A stretch of 64,000 nt of DNA from the NCBI RefSeq assembly GCF_964194025.1, contig NC_134468.1:18104001-18168000 (forward strand), given 5' to 3'. Positions 38,961 through 51,900 of this stretch are shown here, piece by piece (the first letter of the stretch is position 1; the number at the start of each line of letters is the position of its first letter). Source of the DNA: Convolutriloba macropyga. Its lineage: Eukaryota. Below the pieces are notes generated by a model. The model did not search any database and was not told the DNA's origin. It saw nothing but the letters and a program-made list of their open reading frames with translations. The position numbers and the translations under genes were made by a program.

Positions 38961-40470
38961 AAAAAGAAAGTCAACTAAAACTACTCCAAATTAGGCCATA
39001 AAAACTTAATAACACGCGCCTTTCCACTAACTGAACTACCTATTGGATACAATCAATTCAATATAAAATTTGTGAAAACTTTAATTTTTAGGTGCCATTT
39101 TGCTATCGATGTTCTATAATGAGCCCTTATGATACAGGAGCGAACAATAAATCACTATCAACGGAGAATAGAGAAATCTCAAAGGACCTTAATATTTGTG
39201 CTTAATGACGAGAACGAGGTAAGCCATTAATCATCAAAAATTAATCCGAATCAATTAAAAATAAATTAACAAGACATGACTCAAAAAGGGGGTTCAGAGA
39301 AACCTTAAAAACCTTAACATTTGCGCTCAAAACCAATCCGAGTGAAAAGTCACCCATGATCAAAATCCAATCAAATCATTTCGAGATTTACTGAGCCAGA
39401 AAGTAAATCACATGACTTCACGCACATGAAAACAATAAAAGAGTAGCGACAGAGCGGTATAAAATTGGACCATTGGAGGCTTTCAAGCAAAAAATGAGTT
39501 TGAGACAATGAAGCCAAAAAATAGAACGGCAGGTCCTGAGTTACAATTCAAAAGAGTTTCAATCACTGAGCAAAAAACTAGACGCAAAAACACTCGCGAT
39601 GGCTTTGGAAAACCATTTAGAAAAACCCTAAAAAATTTAAACGTAATAATAATGGAAGCCAAACTTCGCATGTGAACAATTAACCACCATTGACAAATTT
39701 TTGTTCGAACATCATCTTATCACTTAAGTTAAATATAAAAGAAAACAACTAAAGCCCCAAAACGACTCACTATTTCATTTCACTTCATTGCTCTTTGAGG
39801 TCAAAAACTGTTGAAGAGAATCGAACCAATGCAAAATCTTTGTTTGAACACCATCTTCTCACTTTACTTAAATATAAAAGAAAACAAATTACGCCGTAAA
39901 AGCACTCACTTTTTAATTTTACTTCCTGTTTCTAAAATGTGAAAAACTGCTAACGGACCAAATTTCCGCATAATTCAAATGAGAAATCTCTTTTCTATCG
40001 TATCATTTACTTTTTAATTAATCTTATCCAAAAGAAATACAATCGAAACTCATATCAAATTAAAGACTATTTTAAACTTTCAACAATTGCAAAAAATCGA
40101 TAATAAATACAAAATTTTCTAATAGCTAATGCAAAACAATTCAACTCAATAGAAAAGGATAATTCAAATAATAAAAATGAAGAGTAATTTGAGGACTAAA
40201 ATCCAGTTAGACACAAATAACGATTTAAAATCTACAAAAACTTTTTAAAACCATAAAACAGCTTTGAGGTAAAGCAAGAAGATCAATTTTTGCTTTAAAA
40301 GGTGAGAAAAAAATCCTTGCCTAGCAATACAAACAATGAAAACCAATTGAACTTAACTTCGCGAGTGACATTTCTAATTTGAGATGCACACAAACACAAT
40401 TGTCGATCAATCAATTGTGTTTAGTGCTTCACCACTTCAGTCACAATACTCTTAATCGGATCAGAAAAGA

Positions 40471-40931
40471 AAAGCACGATCAACTAATTTCAGGCGAATT
40501 GCTCTCAAACTATTGGCTGGCTTTGGTAGTAGCCAGCTGGTGCTTAGTGATGCTAGCATGGGGGAGTCAAGCGATGGGGGGGGGGGTTAGAGTTGGGAAG
40601 GCTGGACGAGGAGGAAGGTGGACAGGGGAGTGCTGGGAAGCGGGGGGATGACTGAGACGGTTAAACTTAAAAGAATAAGAACCACTCTTCACACCATTAA
40701 ATTGTCTCCTCAAAACATTTTTGGAGAATCGCATACTTAGAGACTACTAAGGCGTAAGGCTCTTAGAAAGCTACTAAGCCTCCTTAATTCCATCCTGGCT
40801 TTACCTAATTATCCCGTTTTTGAGGACACAAAGTTAAAAAAAAAGTCAGACGAAAAATTGGTCTAGCGAAAAGCGCATAAAAAAGACCACAGGAATAATA
40901 TAATTGTTAGAAACTTCGTTTGAGACCAATT
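40471..40931 (-). mobile_element. Family 2 element, copy B (long G-run-rich cargo)
   Basis: AATTGCTCTCAAAC (40497) ... TTCGTTTGAGACCAATT (ends 40931). Interior is homologous to 49541-50020. Left end degenerate and approximate. Confidence 0.6.
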
Positions 40932-41005
40932 ATACAACTCAATACAATTCAGTTTTTTGTAAGTAACGCAATATAGCTAGGCTCAGCTTAGAGATTCGCA
41001 GCTAT

Positions 41006-41434
41006 AAACATAACCGACTAAACGTAGGAAGAATTGCTCTCGAACGACTAGTGGGAGCTCTAATCAATTGCAGCCTGCTTCAGTCGGGGGGGAGGGGAGC
41101 CTAAATGAGACTGAGAAGTTCAATAGTGGGCTTCAAATAGCCACATTAGAGGTTAAAATATACCACTATTGAGATTTAAAGTAAAAACTGGCAAAGTAAA
41201 AACTGGCACCATTTTCGGCGCTTTTTTATTTGACTTTTAGTATTAAATTGCCGCCAATTGAACTCAGCTGCTTGAAATTGTGATTGAGAAAGAATTTTAG
41301 ATAACGCGAAACGCAAAAAGTCAAGGGCGTAAAAGTCACTCGAAAAGTCAAAATTGTCAAGCAAAACTTTTGCATAAAAAAGACACACACGTTTACAATA
41401 GTTGCTATGAACTTCGTTCAAGAGCAATTCAAAA
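41006..41434 (-). mobile_element. Family 2 element, copy C (both termini clear)
   Basis: Minus-strand 5' stem-loop TTGCTCTTGAAC-GAA-GTTCATAGCAA; 3' subTIR TCGTTCGAGAGCAATT, hairpin CCTAC-GTTTA-GTCGG, TTATGTTT end. Confidence 0.75.
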
Positions 41435-42058
41435 TGTCTCCAGGTTTTCTCAATAAAACAATTTTATGCCACAGCCTCATTATGGAGCCGTTGTAGCAGC
41501 CATTCAATATTGTTATTGACAGAAAATCCGAATAAGCATATAATAAAAAATTTTCTGAGCTAACACAACGGCTATATCAGCCGGTTCCAATTTTCCTTCA
41601 TTTAGACTGTGCTGCCATAATTCTGAGAATCAGAAGTAACAGCAAAACTCAATTAAATCATAGGGGTAGCCATTTGCCCCTCATCGCTCGCTTTCGCTAA
41701 ATATATGATAAAAATGTATTTAGAGAAATTAGCTTTCGTTCTTTTCCTCGTCTGACTACGTCAGAACTCAAAAGATAAGCGCAAAAAAATAAATTGAATT
41801 TAATTCTCAATTTTTAACAAAAAAGCGATTTTATACCACTTTGGTTGCAATTTTTAACGATTTTAAAAATTGATTGGCGCGCAGCATGAATCAAATATCA
41901 TACATAACTATACATACATAAATAGCTATCAATCGTAGCTTAGTTTAATTTACAAAAACGACAATTGGTATCAACTTTCAGAACACTGCTGCACTATGCT
42001 ATCTTAATGTCGAACACTATATTGCTCTTCTAAATTTTCGAACCTTGGCCATGCTGTT

Positions 42059-42989
42059 TTATTTCATAACTTCAACGTGATCATGTGCACAATCAAAAGC
42101 GTTCACAATTGGTTCCTCGGCAGAAGGATAGGGCGAAGCAAACTCCGATGCTTTCAACGTGAACAAGTCCAGCATAAATGGGGTATGTTCACAATTTAAG
42201 AAGCCATCCAATGATTCCACATGCTCACAGACTTCAGCAAATACATTGAGATTTTGGTCTTTCCCGGCACTAATTTGGAACAACTGCTTGGTTGACGTAG
42301 TTAAGTTATGACCTGCAATAGCACCGAATACTTCTCTGAAGTCAATTTGATTGGCTAACAGCACCAGACTACACAACCAATTACACAGACAATCTTGCAG
42401 CTCAGCTTGATGTTTGTACTCGTCAAAATTACTCAGGGTCTCACTATTGACTAAAGCGGTTACAGCCACGTCGATGCACCTCATGTATAAGGGCTCAAAC
42501 TGAATGCGAGCTTTCATCGACTGGAAAGCTGTGACAGCATTTATTTTGACCTTGAAATTGGGACACGTATCTATTGAGGTAATCAATGACTCCTGGAGAG
42601 TTTTGATGTGCTTATCTTTTAACCGCTCAATAAGAAGTGAATTTTGAAGCACCAATCCTGCAGCGTAACATGCATTCCATCGCACTTTAGCTAAACACGG
42701 TCCACTGACTAAACTATTGAGGGCATCGAATGCTGAATTGAGAAATCGGTCAAAGCCCGGATGATTGTCAAGCAGTTCTTCATTGACACAGTATAAGATA
42801 CTTCCGATTCCTCTAACTGCATTATACTTGCACCGGTCTTGGTCCTGACTGCTTCTGATGCAAGCCTGCAGACATTCACAGAACACTTTAGGAGTGAGTT
42901 CCAAAAGGAAATTCGGATCTGTATCTGACAGGGAAATGAAATTGTCTGACAAATTCGCAAGTGTCCACGAGGCTCTCGATCTCACATAC
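42059..42989 (-). CDS. HEATR6: HEATR6 terminal exon
   Basis: ctttag|G TAT GTG AGA; ORF 42059..43000 minus its first intronic codons. The stop TAA is embedded in an AATAAA hexamer. Confidence 0.92.
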
Positions 42990-45900
42990 CTAAAGCGCAT
43001 TTATCAATTTTAGGCTCTTTACCGTCTGCGACCCCCCGTACGCTATGTGCTCCCCAAGTTACAGAGCAAGTTTCATTACACGATAAATCATTGTAAAAAT
43101 TTGGCACGTGCGTCTGGGGGTGTAAATGATATGCACCCACTAAGCTGAGAGGGGGGGAACAAACGGAAAAAATCCGATTTTCACTTCCAGGAGCAACTAA
43201 CCGGTTGTGGGTATACAAGCACTTAAAGACGTCACTGAAAACGATGAAAATAATTTGAAGGAAGTCAAGAATGACTTCCGATAATTTCCGATTTTTGATT
43301 TAAAAGTTGCAGTTCGAGTTCAGAATGTCACAGCCATTAAGCTATGATTGCGGGAACATAATGCTATATAAACAGACTGATTTGTAACAAATCTTGCCAC
43401 CAATTGAAACATTGATTAATACTTCTCTCTCTCACATCAATACACAGCTTATCAGGTTACTGTGCCCAGCTAAACGCACAGCTGCACACACAAAAATTTT
43501 TCTGCAAGGCGGCCAAACAAAAATAGAGACAAAACAGCAAAGGGACAAGACACTGCCAAAGAGACAAGAAAGGGCCAAAGAGACGAAAAGCCAGAAAGAG
43601 AGAGCAAAGGAGAGTCCCGAAAAAGAGTAGCTAGCAAGGATCAACAGGGTGAAGTTCCAGGCCCTAGTTTTGAAGGAGTCTGTTTGAGTGCCGGCAAAGT
43701 GCCAAACCAAGATTGAAAACATTAATTGTTCTAAATTTGTAAAAAGTTACTTTCCTAAAAGGTAGCTTATTGGTTGTGACGCGCGTGCATTTCCGGATAC
43801 CGTTCGGACATTTTTTTTGAAAAAGCGCAACCTAATCTAAGACCGTTCAATTTTTGAAAAAGCGCTGATTTGCTGAACAACGTTCAGATTTTGATTTTAA
43901 AACATTGTAATAAACCTGTAGAGCAGCGCAAAACATAAACTCTAGAAATATGGTTGAACTTGATTGAAAAATGATATAACTTTGGAGAAATAATCATGCT
44001 AATAAGGGGCGATACATGTAGAGACTGCCCTTGAGTCTTTGAAGTTATCGCAACCTGGGTTCCGCTAAGGATAACACCCGACCTAGAGGATCCTTTTACA
44101 GTTGAACCATGTAAGGACGTGGCCTGGCCGTTTCTGAGTGACCAGTAATGACATAGACAAGAGGGTAGTGTGTGCATGTAGGACCTTTTTGTTTGCCGAC
44201 CTTTTAATCCTAGTTCTCCAAACAGTTGGTTTTTGTATGAAAGTAACGAGTGAAAAAATTTTGAATTGATAAATTGATTAGAGACTAATTATTGCTTTGA
44301 ATTGATAGACTGGTTAGACAAGAGATGAGTGATAAGAACGAACGTGTCCAATTCAGTGGGAAAGAGCAAGATTTTTTGTACTTTTCTGAGCAATTTGAAG
44401 CTCGCATTTTTGTCCTTAAGTTGTACAAGGTACTTGATGGTAGTAGCACTTTTGAAGATTATGTCCCTTCTACACGCCCTAACGCTTCACGAGCCGAAAA
44501 AGACGCAGCTGTAGATAAAGGGAGAGAAATTTTTAAAGAAAAACAAATGCAAATATGGTATGAGCTTGTTTCGGCGCTGGACAAACAGTCAGTTCTTTAT
44601 CTTAGGCCATATAAAGGAGAAGTGGCTCAAGCATGGGATGTGTTAACTAAGAGATTCCGTAGCTTTGAGAGACCTAGATTACAAAAGTTAGTGAGCGAAC
44701 TCACTAGCCTTGTTAAAAGAGACGACGAAAGTCTAATCGAGTATATAACAAGAGCAGAGGAACTACAATTTAACCTTAACCAAGTCAACCAGGGTTTGAG
44801 TGAAAAAATGTTCACATCAATTCTACTGAAAGGTCTGCCGAACGAAATTGATAATTTTGTCACACTTATTAAGTACGGTAGTGAGGATAAGTCACTTGAT
44901 GAGTTGAAGCGAGATCTGATCAACTTCGACACTGAGCGAAATATAGAGAGTGATAGGAAATTCGCAAGTGAAAGTGTCTTCCTAACAAAGCAGAAGAGGT
45001 GCCATAACTGTAACAAGTTTGGACATATTGCAAGGTTCTGTCGCTCAAATAATAACCGGAAGCCTCATAAGCCACAGCCTAATACCAGCAAAGTAATTCA
45101 ATGCTACAATTGCAACAAGTTTGGACACATAGCTACAGAGCGTACGAATAAAAAGTTTGAGTCATGCCAGGCGAAGCGTTAGAAATGAGAAACAGAATTT
45201 AGCAAAAGATGAAGAATACTTCAGTTCCTTTTTATGCCCAGTTGATGATGAGGGAGTAGGACTAGTGCTAGATTCGGGGGAAAACAAGTCACATGATAAA
45301 CAACAAGGAAAAGTTTATCGATATCGATGATAGTTTCTCGGGCAAAGTACTGAACGCAAACAAAACAGAGTCTGAGATTTGTGGCCGAGGTACAGTTGCA
45401 TTTTTAGTTAAGGATAGTAATCAGGTTAACAGAAAAATTATCTTAGAGAACGCCTTGTTTATACCTGAAAACTCACACAGTCTAGTGTCAATTAGTAAAA
45501 CTTAGAGAAGCAGGAGCTGAAGTTTTGATAGGACCAGAACTAAGCATAATCGACAAAAGCGGTCTCGAGTACCCATTTAGGCAGGAGAAAAATTTGTTCA
45601 TTTGAGACTTTAGTGAGATTGATAAAACTTGCAAGGAAATTGCTTACTGTCCAGTAGCTTAAAAATGTGGCACAAAAGATTGGGTCATAACAATTTTACG
45701 GACCTTAGCAAACTAGTTGAACACGTTGAAGGAATGCGTATCAGCGATAGTTCGGTAGATGTATGTGAGATTTGTGAGTTGAATAAGGCTAAGAAACAAC
45801 CAATAGCAAAAGATTGCACAACAAGAGCACAAGCAGTGTTGGACATTGTGCACACAGACATCTTAGGGCCTATTACCCCCCGAGGCTGTAGATGGCCACA

Positions 45901-48900
45901 AGTACGCGATAGGATTTGTTGAAAGCTTCAGTAGATATTGTAGGGTTTACTTTATGAAGTCAGGGGACGAGACTCTAGAGAAATTTCAACAATTTTGTGC
46001 AGATGTAGGCCAACCTTTAACTTTAGTATCAGACGGTGCAAAAGAGTACATATCTAACTACTTTAAAAAGTTTGCCCGGCTAAAAGGAATCAGGCTTGAG
46101 AATTCTGCGGCATACACGCCACAAGAAAATGGTAAAATTGAAAAACTTTGGGACGTCACTGTTGGAACTGCTAGATGTTTAGGAGATCAGGCTTCTTTAG
46201 AGAAAAAGTATTGGACTTATTCGCTCAACATGGCGTTCTATTTGAAAAATTTTTGCTATCATTCGGCAATAAAGAAAACCCGTCATGAAGCCATGTATGG
46301 TGAGAAACCAAATCTTAGTTTCATGAAAGTGTTCGGTTGTGTTGCTTACCCTTTCATAGAGAAACAGTTCAGAAACAAAATAGACAGAAAAGCGAAAAAG
46401 GGAATTTTCTTAGGTCATGCACTCGATAGTAGATCTTTTCTGATAGGAATAGAAAACGATCGCGGTGAGCTTAAGGTTCAGAAAACAAGGAAAGCAAGGT
46501 TCGACGAGAACAACTATTACTTCGGAGTGAAAGAACAGGCAAATCTAGAACATGAGGTAACTAAAGAGATGAGTGAAATAGTTTTTTTAAGTGAAATTTT
46601 TGATCAAAATTTGTTACCTAAAAACGCAAAAGAGGCGCTCAAGAATTAAAACTGGAGGAAGGCAATGCAGGACGAATATAACTCACTGAACGAAAATAAA
46701 GTTTGGGATCTAGTTCAGAATAATGGAGCAAAAGTAGTGAGTAGTAGATGGCATTTTGGAGTTAAATATGGTCCGACGGGGGAGATAAGTAGGTTCAAAG
46801 CAAGGTTCGTGGCCAAAGGTTACAGTCAAGTTTTAGGTAACGATTTTCATGAGACATACTCACCAACAACTAGGTTGTCAACAATTCATTTAATTGTGAG
46901 CTTGTCTGTTCAAAAATGGTCGAAAAAAAGACAAATGGATATAAAAACTGCATATCTTAATGCACCTATAGCTGAAGAAATTTACATGAAACAACCAGAA
47001 GGTTTTGAGCAATTAGACAACAAAGGAAAACCTCTTATTTGTTTAATGAAGAAAAGTCTTTACGGTCTTAAGCAGTCAGGAAGGAATTGGTATCAGACAT
47101 TTAGGAACTTTTTGGCAGCTAAAGGTTTTGAATCTTCGGTTCATGATAATTGTTTGTTCATAAAGAAAAGGGAAAGACAACTTCAAGGCGCAGTGTTTTT
47201 TGGTAGATGATATAATAAGCTGTGAATTTCAGGAAAACTTCTCGTCTTGGTTCGAGAGTGAGCTGTCTAAGAATTTCAAAATAAGTGATTGTAGGGATCT
47301 TTGTTGGTTTCTTGGAATGAAAATTGTAAAAAAGGAAAATTCCATTGAAATCAACCAAGAACAGTATATTGAAAAGCTGTTAGAGAGATTTGGACTAGAA
47401 AGTTGCAAATTAGTAGAGAAACCCCTTGCAGAAATAAAACACAAGAGAAGACTGCCCTCAGGAGGGGAGTGAAGAACAAGAGCGCATGAAAAATTTGGAT
47501 TTTAGAAATTTAGTGGGTTGCTTGAATTATTTAGCTTGCTCAAGTAGACCAGACATTGCTTTTGCAGCAAATTTCTTAAGTTCTTTTGTTGAGAATCCAG
47601 GGGAAAAGCACTGGAAAGCCGGAAAAAGAGTTTTGAGATACCTCAAAGGTTCTAAGTCAAAGAGTTTAGTTTTTAGGAGGGGAGACAAGTTAACCTTAGA
47701 GTGTTACGCCGATGCCGATTGGGCGGGAAATTTAGACCATAGGAAAAGCACTTCAGGATATTGTTTCAATCTTAGTAGTAGCTCAGCCGTTGTCAGTTGG
47801 TCAACAAAGGTTCAAAGATGTGTTGCTACATCAACGGCAGAAGCCGAAATGAATTCCTTAGTAGAGGCAACAAAGGAGGCCATTCAATTGAGAGATCTGC
47901 TTCAGGATTTAAGCGTTGAGGTACAAAAACCTATTGAGATTTTCGTTGACAACCAGGCATGCATAGCGCTCAGCAAGCAGTCCACTCACTATGGAAAAAC
48001 AAAACACTTTGCACTTAAACTTCATTTCATATGGGAGCTTGTAGAAAGGGGAGAGCTAGAATTGAAATACTTGCAAACTAACCTGATGATTGCAGATGTC
48101 CTCACCAAGGGGTTAGGGAAAAAACACGCTAGGTTTTGCGCGGCTCTCTTAGGTGACACCCAACCCGAAAGGAGGGGTGAAGGAAGTCAAGAATGACTTC
48201 CGATAATTTCCGATTTTTGATTTAAAAGTTACAGTTCGAGTTGAGAATGTCACAACCATTAAGCTATGATTGAGGGAACATAATGCTATATAAACCGACT
48301 GATTTGTAACAAATCTTGCCGCCAATTGAAACATTGATTAATACTTCTCTCTCTCACATCAATACACAGCTTATCACAACTCATGTAGTTTAAACATAAC
48401 TATATCATAACTATATCAGAAGGATTACACGCAAACGACTGACGCCGGATTATCTTGCAGCCTGCTTAAGCGGGTCGGGGTGGTACCGGGTTAGTATGTA
48501 CAAAAGGGCTTCAGATTACGGTTCTAGTGCCCATATAGGCCGCTAGTAAGATTTCAGCTTGATCATGATTTGACATGAACTGCCACCACTAGAGTTCAAC
48601 AAACTAATTGTGGAATCTTTTCCGTTTGTGCCCCACAAGCTTAGTGGGTGCAAATTATTTGCAATAATACGTGAAGTCAGCAAAGAAATAGAGGAAAGCA
48701 AGAAGAAGACTGACAATAAATTAGAAAAAATCAAATTGATTTAAGCAACAATGTCCCTAATAAAAGAGAACATATAAAACGCAATAAATAAAGAAAATTT
48801 GATATCCGAAAATTCTCGACTACCAGAACCGTTCTCATACCCTCTCTCCTCATCTCAGACAAATATTTTGCAAAAAAAATGCAAAAAACAAAGCAAATAC

Positions 48901-51900
48901 AATGCAAAAAACTACGCTTTTGGTTAAATTTTAAATTTTTTGAGAAACCAATAGCACTAAAAAACCAACCAATAGCAATCAAAAACCTAAAACAGGGCAA
49001 CTAACACTTCTTTCATTTCCAATTAGCAGACGTTAAACTCGGGAAACTAACAGATTAACTCTAAACAACCATTATTGTCTACCGAAAGAAAATTTAATCA
49101 CCATTTACGAAATACAAACCTTTATAGTTGAACATAAACCGACTAGCCTCGGAAAAATTGCTCCTGAATGACAGGTGGCGCAATTTAATTCAGCTGCTGT
49201 AGCCTAGATAAAATTTTCTTTATGAGTGCCAAAACATCAGCCGAAGGTAGGAGTCGAAAGCCGACATACTGAGACCCATTCCGTCACCTCGACGGCGGTA
49301 TTAACCAGTCGTCTATCAGGGCCTTGTCATCTACTCTTTTAACAATCGGTTTTGTTCGAACAACAAACTTCATTTGGAAAGAGAGCAATTGAAACCGCTC
49401 AAAAATCAAGAAAAGCGTAAAAAAAGTCTCTTGAGAATTCAAAGATTATTCAAGAAGAAATGCGCAAAACGGGCGAGCAAAAAATTTGCATTAAAAAACA
49501 CACGTGTACAATAAGTGCTTCTCATTCGAGAGGAATAAATAAAAAACAACCGATAAAAGTCGAGCTAATTGATCTCAAATGACTGGCAAGCGGTTGTCTT
49601 AGTCACCACCCAGCTGTGGCTTAGAGGCAGGCTTTAGCGTAGCTGAGGGGGTAGGATGGAGCGGGGGTCGATATTGCGGGTCAACTGGTGGAATGAGTTG
49701 GAGGGTGAGGAAGCGGGGAGTGAAGTTGGGAGGTGAACTGGGGGGAGGGCCTGAACAACGGAGGGGGACCACCCTTAATACCATTAAATGTCTCCAAAAC
49801 AGTTTCGCTGAATCACAGAGACTAGTAAACATTACTTAGAGACTAGTAAACATTAAGGTGCAAAGAGAAATTTAATGCTATCCGGGTTTTACCTGTTTAT
49901 CCCAGCTTTGAGGACCAAAGTCAAATGGTCAGATAAAAAAGCAATTAAACATTTTCTACAAAAAAAAACTTATCACAAAACGTGGGGAAAAAAAGACCCA
50001 TACTGTTGAAAGCTTCATGTTGCTTAAATTTGGCATGAGCAACAAAATTAAATCTAAATTGGAATTAAACACATCATTTAAATGAACAAAGCATAAATGA
50101 ACATAAATAATTTCAAGCAGAGGCAACTATATAATGTTCAAAAGAAAAATTGTACCACCACTCAAAGCACTTGGGCATTACCAGTTTTCCCCCTTTTCCC
50201 CCTTTCAGAGATGGAAGTTATCTCAAAATATCATAGCACTAGTTTTCGTCACAAGCTTGGATAGTATTAAAACATCAGTATAAATAAAAGAATTGAGTCG
50301 GATTGCTTCTCCAATGAACTGATATGGTGCTGATTTCTTCATATTTGCAACAATATATAGATAGCAAGATCTAAGTAGATTAACTGACAATGGTCACTTT
50401 TGAATGGTATGCCACTATAACGCCTCATTAGAAATCCAAAATCTTGCATTAAAGAGACAAAATCACCCCACAAAAAACGAGAAAAACGGGCAAATAAAAA
50501 ACATTTGTTTTATTAAAACAAACAGGGTCGAAGAAATAAGATCAAATTCGTTAGAACGTTTGATATGAACCTAACCAGTTACCACTAATTATAAAGCTAG
50601 TAGAACCTGTCATTAATTAGACTAAGAAACCAGGCGAACAGAAATAACTAAGTAACAAAGAGAAAAAAAGATAGAAAAAACGCTGAAAATTTGGAAGTAA
50701 GTTGCGACACCGTAGTCAAATTTATTGATTTCAATTAAAATTAATAATAAAAAATGAATCACGTACCATTAAATAGCCAATGGGGCCTTCATTAATGCGA
50801 CTAGAAAGGACAGCAAAAAACAAAATTCTATTTATCTAAGAGTGTTTATCCAAGACAAAAAACCATTAACAGCTCTTTGATCAATTTCCTGCATCAAAAA
50901 TCATGCAATAAAAGTGATTAACAATAACCTAGAATAATACAAGACAACTAAAATTAATTTCAAGCCAAATATCATTAGAAAAATACAGCGAAAATTCTTC
51001 AGAAAAATGAAATTGAAAATAGATATCAAATTGCGGCACGTGAAAACAAAGTACGTTTCAAATACTCAAAATCTGTTCAAACACCAATTTCATACTCTGC
51101 ATTAACGTAGTTTCAAAAATTTCACGCCTTAAACTAATTGCTCTTTCTCGCCCTCTGAAACTCCAGTGTGACTAGGTCGTAACTTTTGACTTCTCATTGA
51201 CAAAAAAAAAACAGTTTTACCCGGTCTTTGAAAATTATCCAAATGATTCCGGAAACGACTCGGAGAGTCGTCTCGGTCAAAAAAGCTCTCCTTTCAATTA
51301 ACTGGTACCGACTTGAGCGACTAAAAACGCTAAGAAAAAAGCTTAAAAAATTAGCCCAAAAAACCAACAAATAAAAAAAATTCAACTAGTTTTTTTAAAA
51401 AGTACCAGAATACATAACAACACAAATTTTTTCAGTGCAGCTTTGAATATCAAACTGCTCACACAGAATTAGGTAAGCCATTTCAGGATCACAACCATTC
51501 CAAATTCTGATCGGCAACAAAACAAAACAAAATGTACCAATTTTACGTCATTTTTCTCAAAACTAAGTTTTACCTCATTTTTCATAATGGCGTCAGTAAC
51601 TTCACGATTTTCGAAAACAGAGATTTGTAAGAAAATGAGAAAAATTAGTCCAAATTCTGAAGTTTGTGTCAAATATTTTTGTACCAAAAAAACTGGTATT
51701 AATATGTAGAAAACAAGGCCAGAAACATAAGGCTTAAGTTCAGTTATGAATAACTTCAATAAAACCATATAATGAGCCAAAATGCAAACATAGCTGGTAG
51801 AATCCCAGAAAAAGCCGCAATAGCTTCGTAGATCTGCAGTCTAAAAAAAACAGTAAAAAAGACAGACCAAAAAAATTCGTCTTTTCATTGAAGGCTCATA

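Larger units (their letters stand above)
43256..48376 (+). mobile_element. Ty1/copia LTR retrotransposon, full length (5121 bp), disrupted, antisense in the last HEATR6 intron
   Basis: TG...CA 199-bp LTRs, PBS, PPT, and Gag-PR-IN-RT-RNaseH order diagnostic of copia. Confidence 0.97.

Noticed and set aside
43394-43722. ORFs in the copia leader as an extra gene
   Set aside because: Non-ATG starts, and the translation simply reflects purine-rich repeats.
44627-47444. Antisense ORFs over Gag/Pol (similarly 55381-55863 over HEATR6)
   Set aside because: Shadow ORFs of real coding frames.
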